DNA of 64,000 nucleotides, taken from positions 320,001 to 384,000 of the forward strand of contig CAVPNL010000003.1 of assembly GCA_963706575.1 (NCBI GenBank), written 5' to 3'. Position 1 is the first letter of the stretch, and each line of letters starts with the position of its first letter. A program made the position numbers and the translations under genes. Source of the stretch: an uncultured delta proteobacterium (GTDB taxonomy: Bacteria > Desulfobacterota > Desulfobacteria > Desulfobacterales > JAHEIW01). The notes under the pieces are model-generated. The model saw only the letters and a program-made list of their open reading frames with translations. It was not told the origin of the DNA and did not search any database. Below, in pieces: positions 40,015-50,369 of this stretch.

Positions 40015-41226
40015 ATGGGGCCAAAACCCGTTATCTTGATTTTGTTGTTGGCGGTGCTGTTGGGTGTCCTGTTTTTTCCGGCCGACCTGCACGCCCAGGA
40101 GCTCTCTGATCTGAATCGCTTTATCGGCAAAAATGATTCAATTTTGGTCGTCAACGCCAACGGTCAGATTATATTAGCAAAAAATGCCGATAAAAAGCTG
40201 ATGCCGGCTTCGATTTTAAAAATTTTCACCTCCCTGGTGGCCCTGCACTATCTTGGTGACGATTATCGCTTTCCAACCGAATTTTACCTGGACAAACAAT
40301 CAAATCTCAAAATTAAAGGCTACGGCGACCCGCTCCTGATTTCCGAGGTGGTCTCCAAGATATCGCAAGTCCTTGCCGCGCTATTAAAAAACAGCCAACC
40401 TTTGAATGATCTGATTTTAGATGATTCCTATTTTCAACATCCGTTGACCATCCCGGGAATCACATCGTCCCCACAACCTTATGATGCGCCCAACGGTTCA
40501 TTGTGCGTCAATTTTAATACGGTCAGCTTTAAGCGCACATCACAGGGTTATATCAGTGCAGAGCCCCAAACACCGCTGCTGCCCTTTGTGATCGAAAAAA
40601 TAAAAGCATCCGGATTAAAACAGGGCCGTATTGTTTTTTCTCACGACAAAAATGAAATCACCCTGTATGCGGGGAAGCTCTTCCAGTATTTCTTTGAAAA
40701 ACAGGGGATACGTTTCAACGGAGTAGTCAAATTGGGGCGAATCAATGACAACACCGACCGGCTGATATTCAAATATGTTTCCAGTTCATCACTGGCGGAA
40801 GTTGTCGTAAAGCTCCTGGAGCATTCCAACAATTTTACGACGAACCAGCTGCTGATCGCCACCGGCGCCGGAGTCATCGGTCCACCGGGCACCCTCGCCA
40901 AAGGTGTCGCCATTGCCTCCGACTATGCCAAAGAGATGCTGGATCTCGAGGATATGATGATCGTCGAAGGCTCGGGCATATCCAGAGACAATCGAGTCTC
41001 GGCCGTACAGATGGATCAGGCTCTCCAGGAATTTTTGCCCTATCACTATCTGATGCGCCGGCAGGGAAGAGAGTTTTATAAAACCGGCACACTTTACGGC
41101 GTCAGCACCCGCGCCGGCTATATCAAGCGAAGTGATGGCGAATTTTACCGCTACGTCATCATGTTCAACACCCCGGGCAAATCCACCGACTCCCTGATTC
41201 TAAGGCTCCTGCGCATCCTGGATTAA
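40015..41226 (+). CDS. D-alanyl-D-alanine carboxypeptidase/endopeptidase (S13, DacB-like)
   Basis: PASILK (SxxK), GYGDP, SNN, EGSGISR and KTGTL motifs. Confidence 0.85.
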   Translation: MGPKPVILILLLAVLLGVLFFPADLHAQELSDLNRFIGKNDSILVVNANGQIILAKNADKKLMPASILKIFTSLVALHYLGDDYRFPTEFYLDKQSNLKIKGYGDPLLISEVVSKISQVLAALLKNSQPLNDLILDDSYFQHPLTIPGITSSPQPYDAPNGSLCVNFNTVSFKRTSQGYISAEPQTPLLPFVIEKIKASGLKQGRIVFSHDKNEITLYAGKLFQYFFEKQGIRFNGVVKLGRINDNTDRLIFKYVSSSSLAEVVVKLLEHSNNFTTNQLLIATGAGVIGPPGTLAKGVAIASDYAKEMLDLEDMMIVEGSGISRDNRVSAVQMDQALQEFLPYHYLMRRQGREFYKTGTLYGVSTRAGYIKRSDGEFYRYVIMFNTPGKSTDSLILRLLRILD

Positions 41227-41328
41227 TCTGCGATTGCCCCCTCATAGCCGTAATGGCACCTTTCGCAAATTTGGCTTTGGATCCAGTTTGGATGTTCACC
41301 GAGAATTGCCGGCGACCAAAACGCGCAA

Positions 41329-42117
41329 TCAAATAAAGGATACCTCCGCGGTACCCATCGTTCCGAAATCGGCAACGATGTGGTCCCCTGGTTCTGCAAG
41401 ATAGATATCCGTGCAGACCCCGGTGCTGACCAGATCGCCCGCCTTTAACGCTTTGCCCTGTTCGCACAGGGTATTGGCGAGCCAAACCAGGGAGTTCAAA
41501 GGGTTGCCCAGAACCGCAGCGCCTGAGCCGCTAAGTTTCTCCGCACCGTTGACCCTGAGACGGACCTCGTGGGAGGCAAGGTCAATGTGGCGCCACGCCT
41601 CGGTGGCGCTTCCCCGGACCCAACCGCTGTTGCACCCGTTGTCCGAAATGAGTGAAGGCAGGGGCACCTCCGTCCAGACGGTATACCGGGTGTCCACGAG
41701 TTCGATGGACGGTAGGATTGCCGCCACCGCGTCGGCCACGGATTCCCTGTCGTAGGGGGCACCCTCTCGGGGCAGATCCTCGGCCAGTTGAAACGAAAAT
41801 TCCGCTTCAATGAGCCGCATGGAAAAATTTTGTGCGTTGACCCGGGCTGGGCTTTGATATACAAATGGTGAGAGGAGCCGTCCGTAAAAAGGGGTGTCGG
41901 TGCCCAGGAGTTCCTGGGCAAGCTTGTTGGTGCAGGCCACCTTGTATCCAACCGCACGGCCGCCGTTTTTTTTAAGCAGCCGGTCCACCACCCCTTCCTG
42001 TACTGCGTATCCCGAGGCAAGATTGTCCGGCCGAAAGGTTTCAGGGATCTGGGGTTCCTGGCGAAGCGCAAAGCGGAGCTCCGCGATAAACTCGGCGGCT
42101 TTTGAAATCTGGTCCAT
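41329..42117 (-). CDS. 2-keto-4-pentenoate hydratase / FAH family protein
   Basis: GYKVACT, IEAE, IELVDTR, DNG, LGNPL..WLAN and STGVC motifs. Confidence 0.85.
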   Translation of the reverse strand: MDQISKAAEFIAELRFALRQEPQIPETFRPDNLASGYAVQEGVVDRLLKKNGGRAVGYKVACTNKLAQELLGTDTPFYGRLLSPFVYQSPARVNAQNFSMRLIEAEFSFQLAEDLPREGAPYDRESVADAVAAILPSIELVDTRYTVWTEVPLPSLISDNGCNSGWVRGSATEAWRHIDLASHEVRLRVNGAEKLSGSGAAVLGNPLNSLVWLANTLCEQGKALKAGDLVSTGVCTDIYLAEPGDHIVADFGTMGTAEVSFI

Positions 42118-42472
42118 AAACTCTCCTTGAAAGATCAAAAGACGAATGATCTGCTTGTAATTATTTTAATCGAATGACAATTGCCCCAGTTATCTATCAT
42201 TTTCTGATTTGTTCTATATGACTCGCTAATCTGAATAATTTTGGCTTTGTGATATTGCATATTCATAGCCGCTACACAATTCAACCAAAATGTGGGTTGC
42301 GGGACCTAATATACAACCACGGATAGTAACGAAATTGGCATAATTTTAAACCTGAGATATAAAATGAATATCACAAGAATTTTGATGATTCAAAACCTTT
42401 GATATGTTGGAGCTAATCTGCAACTTCAGATGGGCGGGCTAATTAGACACATAGGGCAAGAATTTATATTTT

Positions 42473-43081
42473 TCAGAAGGCAAATTTTAGTCCGAGACAT
42501 AAGTAGTTAGAAACACTTTGCCCGATTATTCCTTTGGCACCTGATCGATGGTGAATGCGGAGCATTAAATCCCACATAGAATATTGCGGAAGGCCAAATG
42601 TAAATTCAAACGCAAGGTAACCCAACAAGTGTTGAGCGTTTTTGTCTCTTTTCAACTCAGTTTCAGATATATCGCTATAGTAAGACAGGCCACCCCCCAT
42701 AGCAAAGCTGGTATCGATATACTTGTCCCAAGGAAATGGATGCCAGCGCCCAAGCACCAGTCCTACAAATTCCCAATGATCATTGTCTGATCCGAAATGT
42801 TTTCCTACCTGGCCTTCGAGCTCAAAACTTAACCATTGCTTGTATTGATAAATCTCTCTTGCCAGAGCACCAACAGCCACATAGTTTCCATCTGAATAAT
42901 CCGCATTAAGGGTAGCGATCTCAGCCAAATTTTCTTCTGTACGTGCTCCCCCGTAGATAGACACAAACCATTTGTAATCCGATTCAGTTTTTTCAGTGTC
43001 TGAAGAATTAGCACTTACATTTGATGAAATTAAAACTAGCAATATTTGTATAACTACCCAAAAGCATCTTCGTGAAGTCAA
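42473..43081 (-). CDS. small outer-membrane beta-barrel protein (PagL-like)
   Basis: Signal peptide, RIHHRSGA motif and C-terminal Phe. Confidence 0.55.
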   Translation of the reverse strand: MTSRRCFWVVIQILLVLISSNVSANSSDTEKTESDYKWFVSIYGGARTEENLAEIATLNADYSDGNYVAVGALAREIYQYKQWLSFELEGQVGKHFGSDNDHWEFVGLVLGRWHPFPWDKYIDTSFAMGGGLSYYSDISETELKRDKNAQHLLGYLAFEFTFGLPQYSMWDLMLRIHHRSGAKGIIGQSVSNYLCLGLKFAF

Positions 43082-43502
43082 TACAACACCTCTTTTTCAG
43101 CCCAGATTTCGACATTAAAAATCCCATCCCAGTATTTCTGCCCTCATGGAGATGTTTTAAAGGGTGAATTGCAATTATTACAAAGTTGAGTCTAACTATC
43201 ATTACTATAGTGTGGTGCCAACCTTAAATTTACTGAGGAACCACCAAAAATCGAAAATCTTGTGGTACGTAAATGAAATCCCGATAATTGAAAGTCTCCA
43301 AAAATCTAAATTATCTTACCATAGCACAGCTTCGGCAAAATCCCATATATGAGAATATCACAGGTTCAGCAATATAGCAGATGTGCTAATTTGGCAAGAA
43401 AAAACCCCGACGCGTCGCCGGGGCCTCTTATGCTTTTTCGAGGGTGATTTTTCTAGTATTTGTTGATGGAAGTTGCAAATTTCTGTAATGTCTGCATCAT
43501 AC

Positions 43503-43696
43503 TAGAACCCATCTCAAAAATAGGATTTTGGTTCAAGGTCGCGGCGGAGCCGAGCTTTCCAGCGTTGCTGGACTTCCCGCCTGATTAAATCCTCTTTGTG
43601 GGTCGTAAACCGCAGGCATACTGTTGTATGTTGAGGATTTAAAGCGAATCACCAACAAAGATATTGGACCAAAAGACATTTTTGAGACGGGTTCTA
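43503..43696. mobile_element. MITE-like element (194 bp)
   Basis: 19 bp terminal inverted repeats, 18/19 match (tagaacccatctcaaaaat); CTAG at both junctions; no ORF. Confidence 0.75.
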
Positions 43697-44878
43697 GATA
43701 AAATTCAACGCACTATCGAGATCTGTAATTAAGTCATCTACTTCCTCTATTCCCGCAGAATATCGAATTAGGCTTTCCGGAATTCCCATCGCCTCTCTTT
43801 CTTCGGCTGTGCATTCTACGTGGCTGGTCGTCGCCGGCGGTCCCACTATGGTTTCCACTGAGCCTAAGTTGGCAGCCCGATGCGCGTATCTAAGCCGAGG
43901 TAGGAAGGCTTTTACTGCATCATAGCCACCTTTGACCATGAACGCAAGCATGCCCCCATAACCATTCATCTGCTGTCGGGCAATATCATGTTGAGGATGA
44001 GACGCTAGTCCTGGATAAAAAACTTTCATCACCTTAGGATGTTTTTCCAAATGTTCAGCTATTTGCATGGCGTTTTGACTCTGTCGACGCACGCGCAGGT
44101 GAAGGGTTTTCATCCCGCGCAACAAAAAATAGGCAGACATTGGCTCCAAAACCGCCCCGTTTATTTCTCGAAAATGATAGATTTGCTCGACCAGCTCCGA
44201 GGGCCCGCAAACTACCCCACCTAAGGCATCTGCATGTCCTCCCAGGAATTTGGTGGCACTATGCAAAACCAGGTCAGCTCCCAACTTCAAAGGTTTCTGG
44301 TTAATGGGTGTAGCAAATGTGTTGTCCACCACAACGAGTGCTCCGACCCTGCTGGCAGCATTTGACAAACGAACGATATCCACAATTTTCATGGTGGGGT
44401 TTGTGGGGCTTTCCAGATAAAGTATTTTACAGCCTGAACTTACAGCATTCTCTATGGCTTCGTGATCGGTGGTATTGCACAGAGTGACTTCAATATTAAA
44501 GCGCGGCAGAAATTCAATGAAAATCTTATTTGTTCCACCATAGCTGTCTTTAATTGAAACGATCCGATCTCCGGGCGATAGCAGGGCAAAAAGCGTGTTT
44601 GAGATCGCGGCCATTCCGCTGGCGAAACTGGTGGCTGAAGCCGCCCCTTCCAGTTGGCGAATTTTATTCTCAAAGACCCGCACCGTAGGATTGGTATTCC
44701 GGCTGTATATATGGCCCCGGGCTTTGCCCTGTCCGATTTCCAACCACTTATCCAAATCATCATAACCGAATGATACGCTGTGAACGACAGGAACCTGAGT
44801 GGCGCCTTCCCATAATGGTTCTTCTTCACCAGCCCAGACAGCCATGGTGCCTTCTCCAGGGGTTTTTTTGTGACTCAT
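43694..44878 (-). CDS. cystathionine gamma-synthase/lyase family PLP enzyme
   Basis: YSRNTNPT, FASGMAA, ESPTNP, DNTFATP and HSATKFLGGH motifs. Confidence 0.9.
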   Translation of the reverse strand: MSHKKTPGEGTMAVWAGEEEPLWEGATQVPVVHSVSFGYDDLDKWLEIGQGKARGHIYSRNTNPTVRVFENKIRQLEGAASATSFASGMAAISNTLFALLSPGDRIVSIKDSYGGTNKIFIEFLPRFNIEVTLCNTTDHEAIENAVSSGCKILYLESPTNPTMKIVDIVRLSNAASRVGALVVVDNTFATPINQKPLKLGADLVLHSATKFLGGHADALGGVVCGPSELVEQIYHFREINGAVLEPMSAYFLLRGMKTLHLRVRRQSQNAMQIAEHLEKHPKVMKVFYPGLASHPQHDIARQQMNGYGGMLAFMVKGGYDAVKAFLPRLRYAHRAANLGSVETIVGPPATTSHVECTAEEREAMGIPESLIRYSAGIEEVDDLITDLDSALNFI

Positions 44879-45011
44879 TGTATATTCTCCTTCTCTCCTA
44901 ATTACTAAAAGGCTTTTCCTTTTCTGATGCAGTATTTTTAGGCCTTACGGTTTGAAAACATCCGACGAACTTTCCATTTTTTAAAATGGGTGAAAGGGTT
45001 ACACAAATGAT

Positions 45012-45782
45012 TTAATCGCTGGTGATATGCGCGTATGCGCTGTGGTTGTGGATGGATTCGAAATTCTCGGCGCTGACTGAATACCAGGTGATATTGTCAT
45101 CTTCTTCCAGTTTTTTGGCAATGTCCCGCACAATATCTTCGACAAACTTGGGATTGGCAAATGCTGTTTCGGTGACATGCTTTTCGTCCACGCGCTTTAA
45201 AACGGAGTACACATCGGTAGAAGCCGCACCTTCCACCAGTTCAATCATATCTTCCATCCAGATGAATTTCTTAAAGCGGGTCGCCAGCTGCACCTCACCG
45301 CGCTGGTTGTGGGCGCCTTGGTCGCTGATTTCCAGCGAGCAGGGACAGACGGATGAGATGGGCACAATGACTTCTGAAACCAGATCGATTTTGCCGGACG
45401 GATCACTGGTACCGATGATGCGGCAGGTGTAATCCATCAAACCCGGCAAGGTGCTGACCGGCGCTTTCTTTTCGATAAAGTAGGGAAATGTGACTTCAAT
45501 GTGCGCCGAAGCCGCATTGAGGTGCTTCTTCATACTTTCCAGGATTTCAGAAAATTTTTGCAGTGAAACTTCCGTTTGTAAAAGATGAAGCATCTCGACA
45601 AACCGGCTCATGTGAGTGCCCTTATACTCATGGGGCAAATCAACATACATATTGATGGTGGCAACCGTATTTTGCGAACCGTCACGGCGATCACGAACCG
45701 TTATCGGATATCGCAAATTTTTGATACCGACCTTATCAATCGGGATGTTGCGGTAATCGCGCTGGTTTTGGGTGTCTTTCAT
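45012..45782 (-). CDS. folE2: GTP cyclohydrolase IB
   Basis: KGTHMSRF, CPCS, AHNQR and FESIHNHSAYA motifs. Confidence 0.95.
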   Translation of the reverse strand: MKDTQNQRDYRNIPIDKVGIKNLRYPITVRDRRDGSQNTVATINMYVDLPHEYKGTHMSRFVEMLHLLQTEVSLQKFSEILESMKKHLNAASAHIEVTFPYFIEKKAPVSTLPGLMDYTCRIIGTSDPSGKIDLVSEVIVPISSVCPCSLEISDQGAHNQRGEVQLATRFKKFIWMEDMIELVEGAASTDVYSVLKRVDEKHVTETAFANPKFVEDIVRDIAKKLEEDDNITWYSVSAENFESIHNHSAYAHITSD

Positions 45783-45783
45783 G

Positions 45784-46515
45784 CTATTTTAGAAGGTAAT
45801 CTATTTTCACCCGGCTCATTGCCCGGAAGATGTTGCCTTTGATTTTTTTATTGCTGCGGTAAAGCTGCTTTAAAACGGTTTTTATTTCCCGGCGTTTTGA
45901 ATGATTTGCTGAAGGACACGGATTGACAAACTCGGGAAAACGTTGCTCCCCGGCAAACGCCCGGATAAGGTCCTCATCCGCATAGGCCAGCGGCCGGACA
46001 ACGGTGAACCTTCCCTTAAAGAATTTCTGGGAGGGAACCATGGTGCTCATTTCGCCCGCGTAGCAAATGTTTAAAAAAAGGGTTTCAATGATGTCGTCTT
46101 TGTTATGCCCCAGTGCCAGTTTATTGCATCCCAGTTCATCGGCAATTTCAAAAAGACGTTTGCGGCGCAGGCGCGAGCATAAAAAACAGGGATTTTCGCG
46201 GTTGACCGTGCTGTGTCCCAAAATCCCATAATCTGTATGCTCAACCCTTAATGGGAAGCCGGAATTGGCACAGTAGGTTTTAAGCGATTCACTGAATCCG
46301 CCTTCAAAACCCGGATCGATGTGTACCGGAAACAGCTCAAAGCTTATGGGTATGCGCGGCAGCCGTTCGGCCAGCACCCACATCATCGTCAGACTGTCAG
46401 CCCCCCCGGATATCCCCACAATGATTCGATCACCGTCCTGCAGCATGTCATACCGGTGTACGGCTTTGCCGACAGCCCGGTTTAAAGCCTTGTATTTCGC
46501 GCTATTCCTGGTTAC
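45784..46515 (-). CDS. ttcA: tRNA 2-thiocytidine biosynthesis protein; start uncertain (ATG 46446, or upstream GTA at 46515)
   Basis: SGGADS PP-loop, CFLCSRLRR, GHNKDD and RPL motifs. Confidence 0.85.
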   Translation of the reverse strand, partial: VTRNSAKYKALNRAVGKAVHRYDMLQDGDRIIVGISGGADSLTMMWVLAERLPRIPISFELFPVHIDPGFEGGFSESLKTYCANSGFPLRVEHTDYGILGHSTVNRENPCFLCSRLRRKRLFEIADELGCNKLALGHNKDDIIETLFLNICYAGEMSTMVPSQKFFKGRFTVVRPLAYADEDLIRAFAGEQRFPEFVNPCPSANHSKRREIKTVLKQLYRSNKKIKGNIFRAMSRVKIDYLLK

Positions 46516-46718
46516 GTTTCTGCCTCTTCCTTTTCGATCATTGTAATTTTTCCGGCGGCCACCTCCCGCAAAGCGACCACAACATCTTCATTCTTGGGAG
46601 AACTTACCAGATAATCAGATCCTTCCCGAATCTGTCTGACGCGCTGGGAGACCATGTTTACCAACAAAAATCGATTGCCAACTTTTTTTAGACAATCCTC
46701 AATTGTAATTCGTGCCAC
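46512..46718 (-). CDS. rpoZ: RNA polymerase omega subunit
   Basis: MARITIEDCL, NRFLLV and ALREVA motifs. Confidence 0.95.
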   Translation of the reverse strand: MARITIEDCLKKVGNRFLLVNMVSQRVRQIREGSDYLVSSPKNEDVVVALREVAAGKITMIEKEEAET

Positions 46719-46737
46719 GAAAAGACCTCCGTCGGAT

Positions 46738-46838
46738 GTGTTTTATTTGTTTAATTTGTTTAAATTGGTTTTATTGGTTTGGTTCGGTGAACATCAATAA
46801 TTATTAAACCAATTGAACCAATCCAACCAATCGAACAT
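46738..46838. repeat. 9-mer (ATTGGTTTA-like) inverted cassette
   Basis: tttgtttaatttgtttaaattggttttattgg...aaaccaattgaaccaatccaaccaatcgaaca. Confidence 0.65.
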
Positions 46839-46839
46839 T

Positions 46840-47307
46840 CTACAATATCTCTATGAGTTCATACATGCGTTTGCCGCCGGGGACCTCAAGGGTAAGTTCA
46901 TCACCCGGCTTTCGGCCAATGATCGCCTTCCCGAGAGGCGATGATACGGATATGCGACCGTTTCCAATATCCGATTCATCCGGCCCCACCAGTTGATATC
47001 TTACATCCTCCCCGGTTTCGATGTTTTCAAGAACGACTTTGCAGCCGAAAACAGCCCGATCCTTGGGCAGTTTGTCGGTGTCAATAATATCAATATGGGC
47101 CAGCTTGAATTCCAATTCATTGATGCGCCCTTCAATAAAGCCCTGACGATCTTTAGCAGCGGCATACTCTGCATTTTCACTTAAATCACCGTGAGCCCTT
47201 GCTTCTTCTATTGCTTTTATATTTTGGGGGCGCTCAATTCTTTTCAGGTTTTGCAGCTCTTTTCTAAGGGCTTCAAAACCCTGCCTGGTGACGGGGACTC
47301 GTTCCAA
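46840..47307 (-). CDS. greA: transcription elongation factor GreA
   Basis: ARAHGDLSENAEY and ISVSSPLGKA motifs. Confidence 0.96.
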   Translation of the reverse strand: MERVPVTRQGFEALRKELQNLKRIERPQNIKAIEEARAHGDLSENAEYAAAKDRQGFIEGRINELEFKLAHIDIIDTDKLPKDRAVFGCKVVLENIETGEDVRYQLVGPDESDIGNGRISVSSPLGKAIIGRKPGDELTLEVPGGKRMYELIEIL

Positions 47308-47424
47308 TTTGTACTCCTGGTCGAATTGAGTGAAGAAAACTCAATTCGACGTTAATTGTTATTTGTTATTTAAATTCTGAATTCCCAAATTCCTCAATCC
47401 TGCAATTCCTAAATTCCTAAATTA

Positions 47425-48447
47425 TCATAAATATTCTTTTGCCAGGATTTGGGCAATCTGCACGGTGTTGGTAGCGGCACCTTTTCTAATGTTGTCAGCG
47501 ACGATCCACATATTGAGGCCGTTGGGAATAGATTCATCCTGACGAATCCGCCCGACTAAGGTTAAATCCTGGCCGGCAGCATCTGTAGCCAGCGGGTACA
47601 GATTTTTACCGGGGTCATCCATCACTTGAACTCCCGGCGCATTTTCCAGCAAGGCCCTGACATCCTTAGCAGATACCGGTTCATGGGTTTCAATGTTAAC
47701 GGATTCGGAATGCCCGAAGAAAACCGGCACGCGTACCGTCGTGGCCGTGACGGCGATGGAATCATCCTCCATGATCTTGCGGGTTTCGTTGACCATTTTC
47801 ATTTCTTCTTTGGTATACCCATTGTCCAGAAAAGTATCGATATGGGGCAAACAATTAAAAGCAATGCGATGCGGGTATACCCGATTCTCATAATCCAAAA
47901 AATTGATCATCGCCCGGGATTGGTCGAAAAGTTCATCAATGGCTTTCTTACCCGTTCCCGATACCGCCTGATAGGTAGATACCACGATTCGTTTAATACC
48001 ATATTTTTTGTGAATCGGATGCAGCGCCACGACCATCTGGATCGTCGAACAATTCGGGTTGGCGATAATGCCCTTTTCCGTATGTTGAGCGATGGCATGT
48101 GGATTTACCTCAGGCACCACCAGCGGCACCTGGGGATCCATTCGCCAGGCGCTCGAGTTGTCTACGACCACACATCCGTCCTTGGCAGCAAAAGGGGCAA
48201 ATTTTTCGCTGGTGCCGCCGCCGGCTGAAAAAAGGGCAATATCGAATCCTTTAAAAGAATCCTCCTTCAGCTCTTTTACATCGATCAGGTCGCCTTTAAA
48301 TCTGAGCTGGCGGCCAACTGAACGACTCGAGGCCAAAAATACGACGGAATTCATCGGGAAATCCATCTCTTCCAGACAGCGGATCATCTGATTTCCCACC
48401 GCACCGGTAGCACCGGCAACCGCAATGTTCATTTTTTTCTGCGCCAT
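47425..48447 (-). CDS. asd: aspartate-semialdehyde dehydrogenase
   Basis: GATGAVG, ANPNCST, YQAVSG and DNIRKGAA motifs. Confidence 0.96.
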   Translation of the reverse strand: MAQKKMNIAVAGATGAVGNQMIRCLEEMDFPMNSVVFLASSRSVGRQLRFKGDLIDVKELKEDSFKGFDIALFSAGGGTSEKFAPFAAKDGCVVVDNSSAWRMDPQVPLVVPEVNPHAIAQHTEKGIIANPNCSTIQMVVALHPIHKKYGIKRIVVSTYQAVSGTGKKAIDELFDQSRAMINFLDYENRVYPHRIAFNCLPHIDTFLDNGYTKEEMKMVNETRKIMEDDSIAVTATTVRVPVFFGHSESVNIETHEPVSAKDVRALLENAPGVQVMDDPGKNLYPLATDAAGQDLTLVGRIRQDESIPNGLNMWIVADNIRKGAATNTVQIAQILAKEYL

Positions 48448-48485
48448 ACCTTGTTCCTTGCATATTATTTTTTTTCAAACCACTT

Positions 48486-49559
48486 CTAACAGTTTTTTAC
48501 GATATAATCTACTACCAGATCCCCAACCGCCTGGGTCGAATGCCCCATTTTACCGGCTGCGACATCCTTGATATCTTCCCGCAATACTTTGGCAACACCG
48601 TCTTCAACAAGTGCGGCGGCCTTTTTTTCCCCGATGGTATCCAGCATCAACTGCGCTGCGGATATGGCTGCAATCGGATTTATTTTGTTCTGGCCGGTAT
48701 ACTTGGGTGCCGAGCCGCCGATGGGTTCAAACATCGAAACGCCATTGGGGTTGATATTGGCGCCGGCCGCGATTCCCATGCCGCCCTGCAACATCGCACC
48801 CAGATCGGTAATAATATCACCAAACATATTATCGGTGACGATCACATCGAACCACTCCGGGTTTTTTACCATCCACATGCACAGGGCATCAATATGGGCA
48901 TAATCGGTTTCAATATCCGGGTACTCCTCAGCAACCTCGTAGAATGTTCGTTCCCAGAGGTCAAAGGCATAGGTCAGTACATTGGTTTTACCGCAAAGGG
49001 TGAGCTTCTTGGTCTTGTTTCTTGTGCGGCAATAATCAAAGGCATATCGAATGCAGCGTTCGACACCTTTGCGAGTATTGATAGATTCCTGAGTGGCAAT
49101 CTCATCCGGCGTGCCACGCTTCAGGCAGCCACCGGCACCGGCATAAATCCCTTCCGTATTTTCACGTACGACGACAAAATCGATATCTTCAGCGCCTTTG
49201 TTCTTGATCGGCGTATAAACACCCTCATAGAGCTTCACCGGTCTTAAGTTGATATATTGATCCAGAGTAAACCGGATTTTCAACAGAATGCCCTTCTCAA
49301 GGACACCGGGTTGCACTTCCGGATGACCGATGGCCCCCAGAAAAATGGCATCTCTTTGAGCGAGTGAATCAAGCTGTTGATCGGAAATGGTTTCTCCGGT
49401 GGCCAGGTAATGATCACCGCCGATATCGTAAGTCGAGAACTGATAACCGAAATTACATTTGGCGGCCACCGCTTCAAGCACCTTTATGCCTTCGGCGACG
49501 ACCTCCGGCCCGGTTCCATCTCCCGGGATAACAGCGATATTATATGCTTTTTTCATCAA
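48486..49559 (-). CDS. leuB: 3-isopropylmalate dehydrogenase
   Basis: PGDGTGPEV, NLRP, VRENTEG, NMFGDIITD and GSAP motifs; upstream of asd. Confidence 0.85.
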   Translation of the reverse strand: MMKKAYNIAVIPGDGTGPEVVAEGIKVLEAVAAKCNFGYQFSTYDIGGDHYLATGETISDQQLDSLAQRDAIFLGAIGHPEVQPGVLEKGILLKIRFTLDQYINLRPVKLYEGVYTPIKNKGAEDIDFVVVRENTEGIYAGAGGCLKRGTPDEIATQESINTRKGVERCIRYAFDYCRTRNKTKKLTLCGKTNVLTYAFDLWERTFYEVAEEYPDIETDYAHIDALCMWMVKNPEWFDVIVTDNMFGDIITDLGAMLQGGMGIAAGANINPNGVSMFEPIGGSAPKYTGQNKINPIAAISAAQLMLDTIGEKKAAALVEDGVAKVLREDIKDVAAGKMGHSTQAVGDLVVDYIVKNC

Positions 49560-49632
49560 TAAATTCCATTAGTCTAAGATTTACATTTGAGATCGGTTAA
49601 AAAAAAACCGGGCTCTGTGAACCGGAGGATTC

Positions 49633-49691
49633 TTGAACCCGCCTCAAAAATGTCTTTTGGCCCAATACCTTTGGTGGGCACTTGGGTTCAA
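49633..49691. repeat. truncated copy of the 43503-43696 MITE end
   Basis: 49635-49677 is 39/43 identical to the reverse complement of the MITE right end. Confidence 0.75.
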
Positions 49692-50369
49692 TTAAGGCAT
49701 CGCAAATCGTCCGATAACAGAAGACCCCGCCTTTACTTTATCACCGACTGACACCTTGGTTTCGACATCATCCGGCAGATACACATCAAGCCGCGAACCA
49801 AAGCAGATCATGCCGAAACGCTGGCCTTTACGCACATCATCACCGGGCTGCACCTTACAGATAATCCTTCTGGCAATCAAGCCGGCGACCTGAACGGTAC
49901 ACAGCGGTTTGCCGTCTGCAGTTTCAAGAAAAACGGCGTTGTGCTCATTTTGCAAAGATGCTTTGTCCAGGTTCGCCGAAAAAAATTTACCGGGATGATA
50001 ACCCACTTTTTTGACCTTACCGTCAAAGGGAATACGATTGACGTGCACATTAAATACAGACATAAAAATGCTGATCTTCTGGCAACTGCCCTCGCAAAAG
50101 GAAGTGTGATCAACGGGGCCCACCGCAATAACCTTGCCATCCGCCGGCGAAACGATGGCATCCGGTTGATTGGGAATCACCCGATCCGGATCCCTGAAAA
50201 ACCCGCAAAAGCAGAAGGTGAGCACCAGACCCAATAAGGTCAAATAGGTCATCCCTAACAGGGCAAAAATCAAGGTGACAAATGCCGCACCGAAAATCGG
50301 CACAAATCCGGCTCTTGCCACCGGAAAAGCCGTCTGGCCCGGTGGATCCGGCCAAGAATGTGGGTTCAT
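49692..50369 (-). CDS. psd: phosphatidylserine decarboxylase proenzyme
   Basis: FFRDPDR, SPADG, FMSVFNVHVNR and FGSR cleavage motif. Confidence 0.93.
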   Translation of the reverse strand: MNPHSWPDPPGQTAFPVARAGFVPIFGAAFVTLIFALLGMTYLTLLGLVLTFCFCGFFRDPDRVIPNQPDAIVSPADGKVIAVGPVDHTSFCEGSCQKISIFMSVFNVHVNRIPFDGKVKKVGYHPGKFFSANLDKASLQNEHNAVFLETADGKPLCTVQVAGLIARRIICKVQPGDDVRKGQRFGMICFGSRLDVYLPDDVETKVSVGDKVKAGSSVIGRFAMP

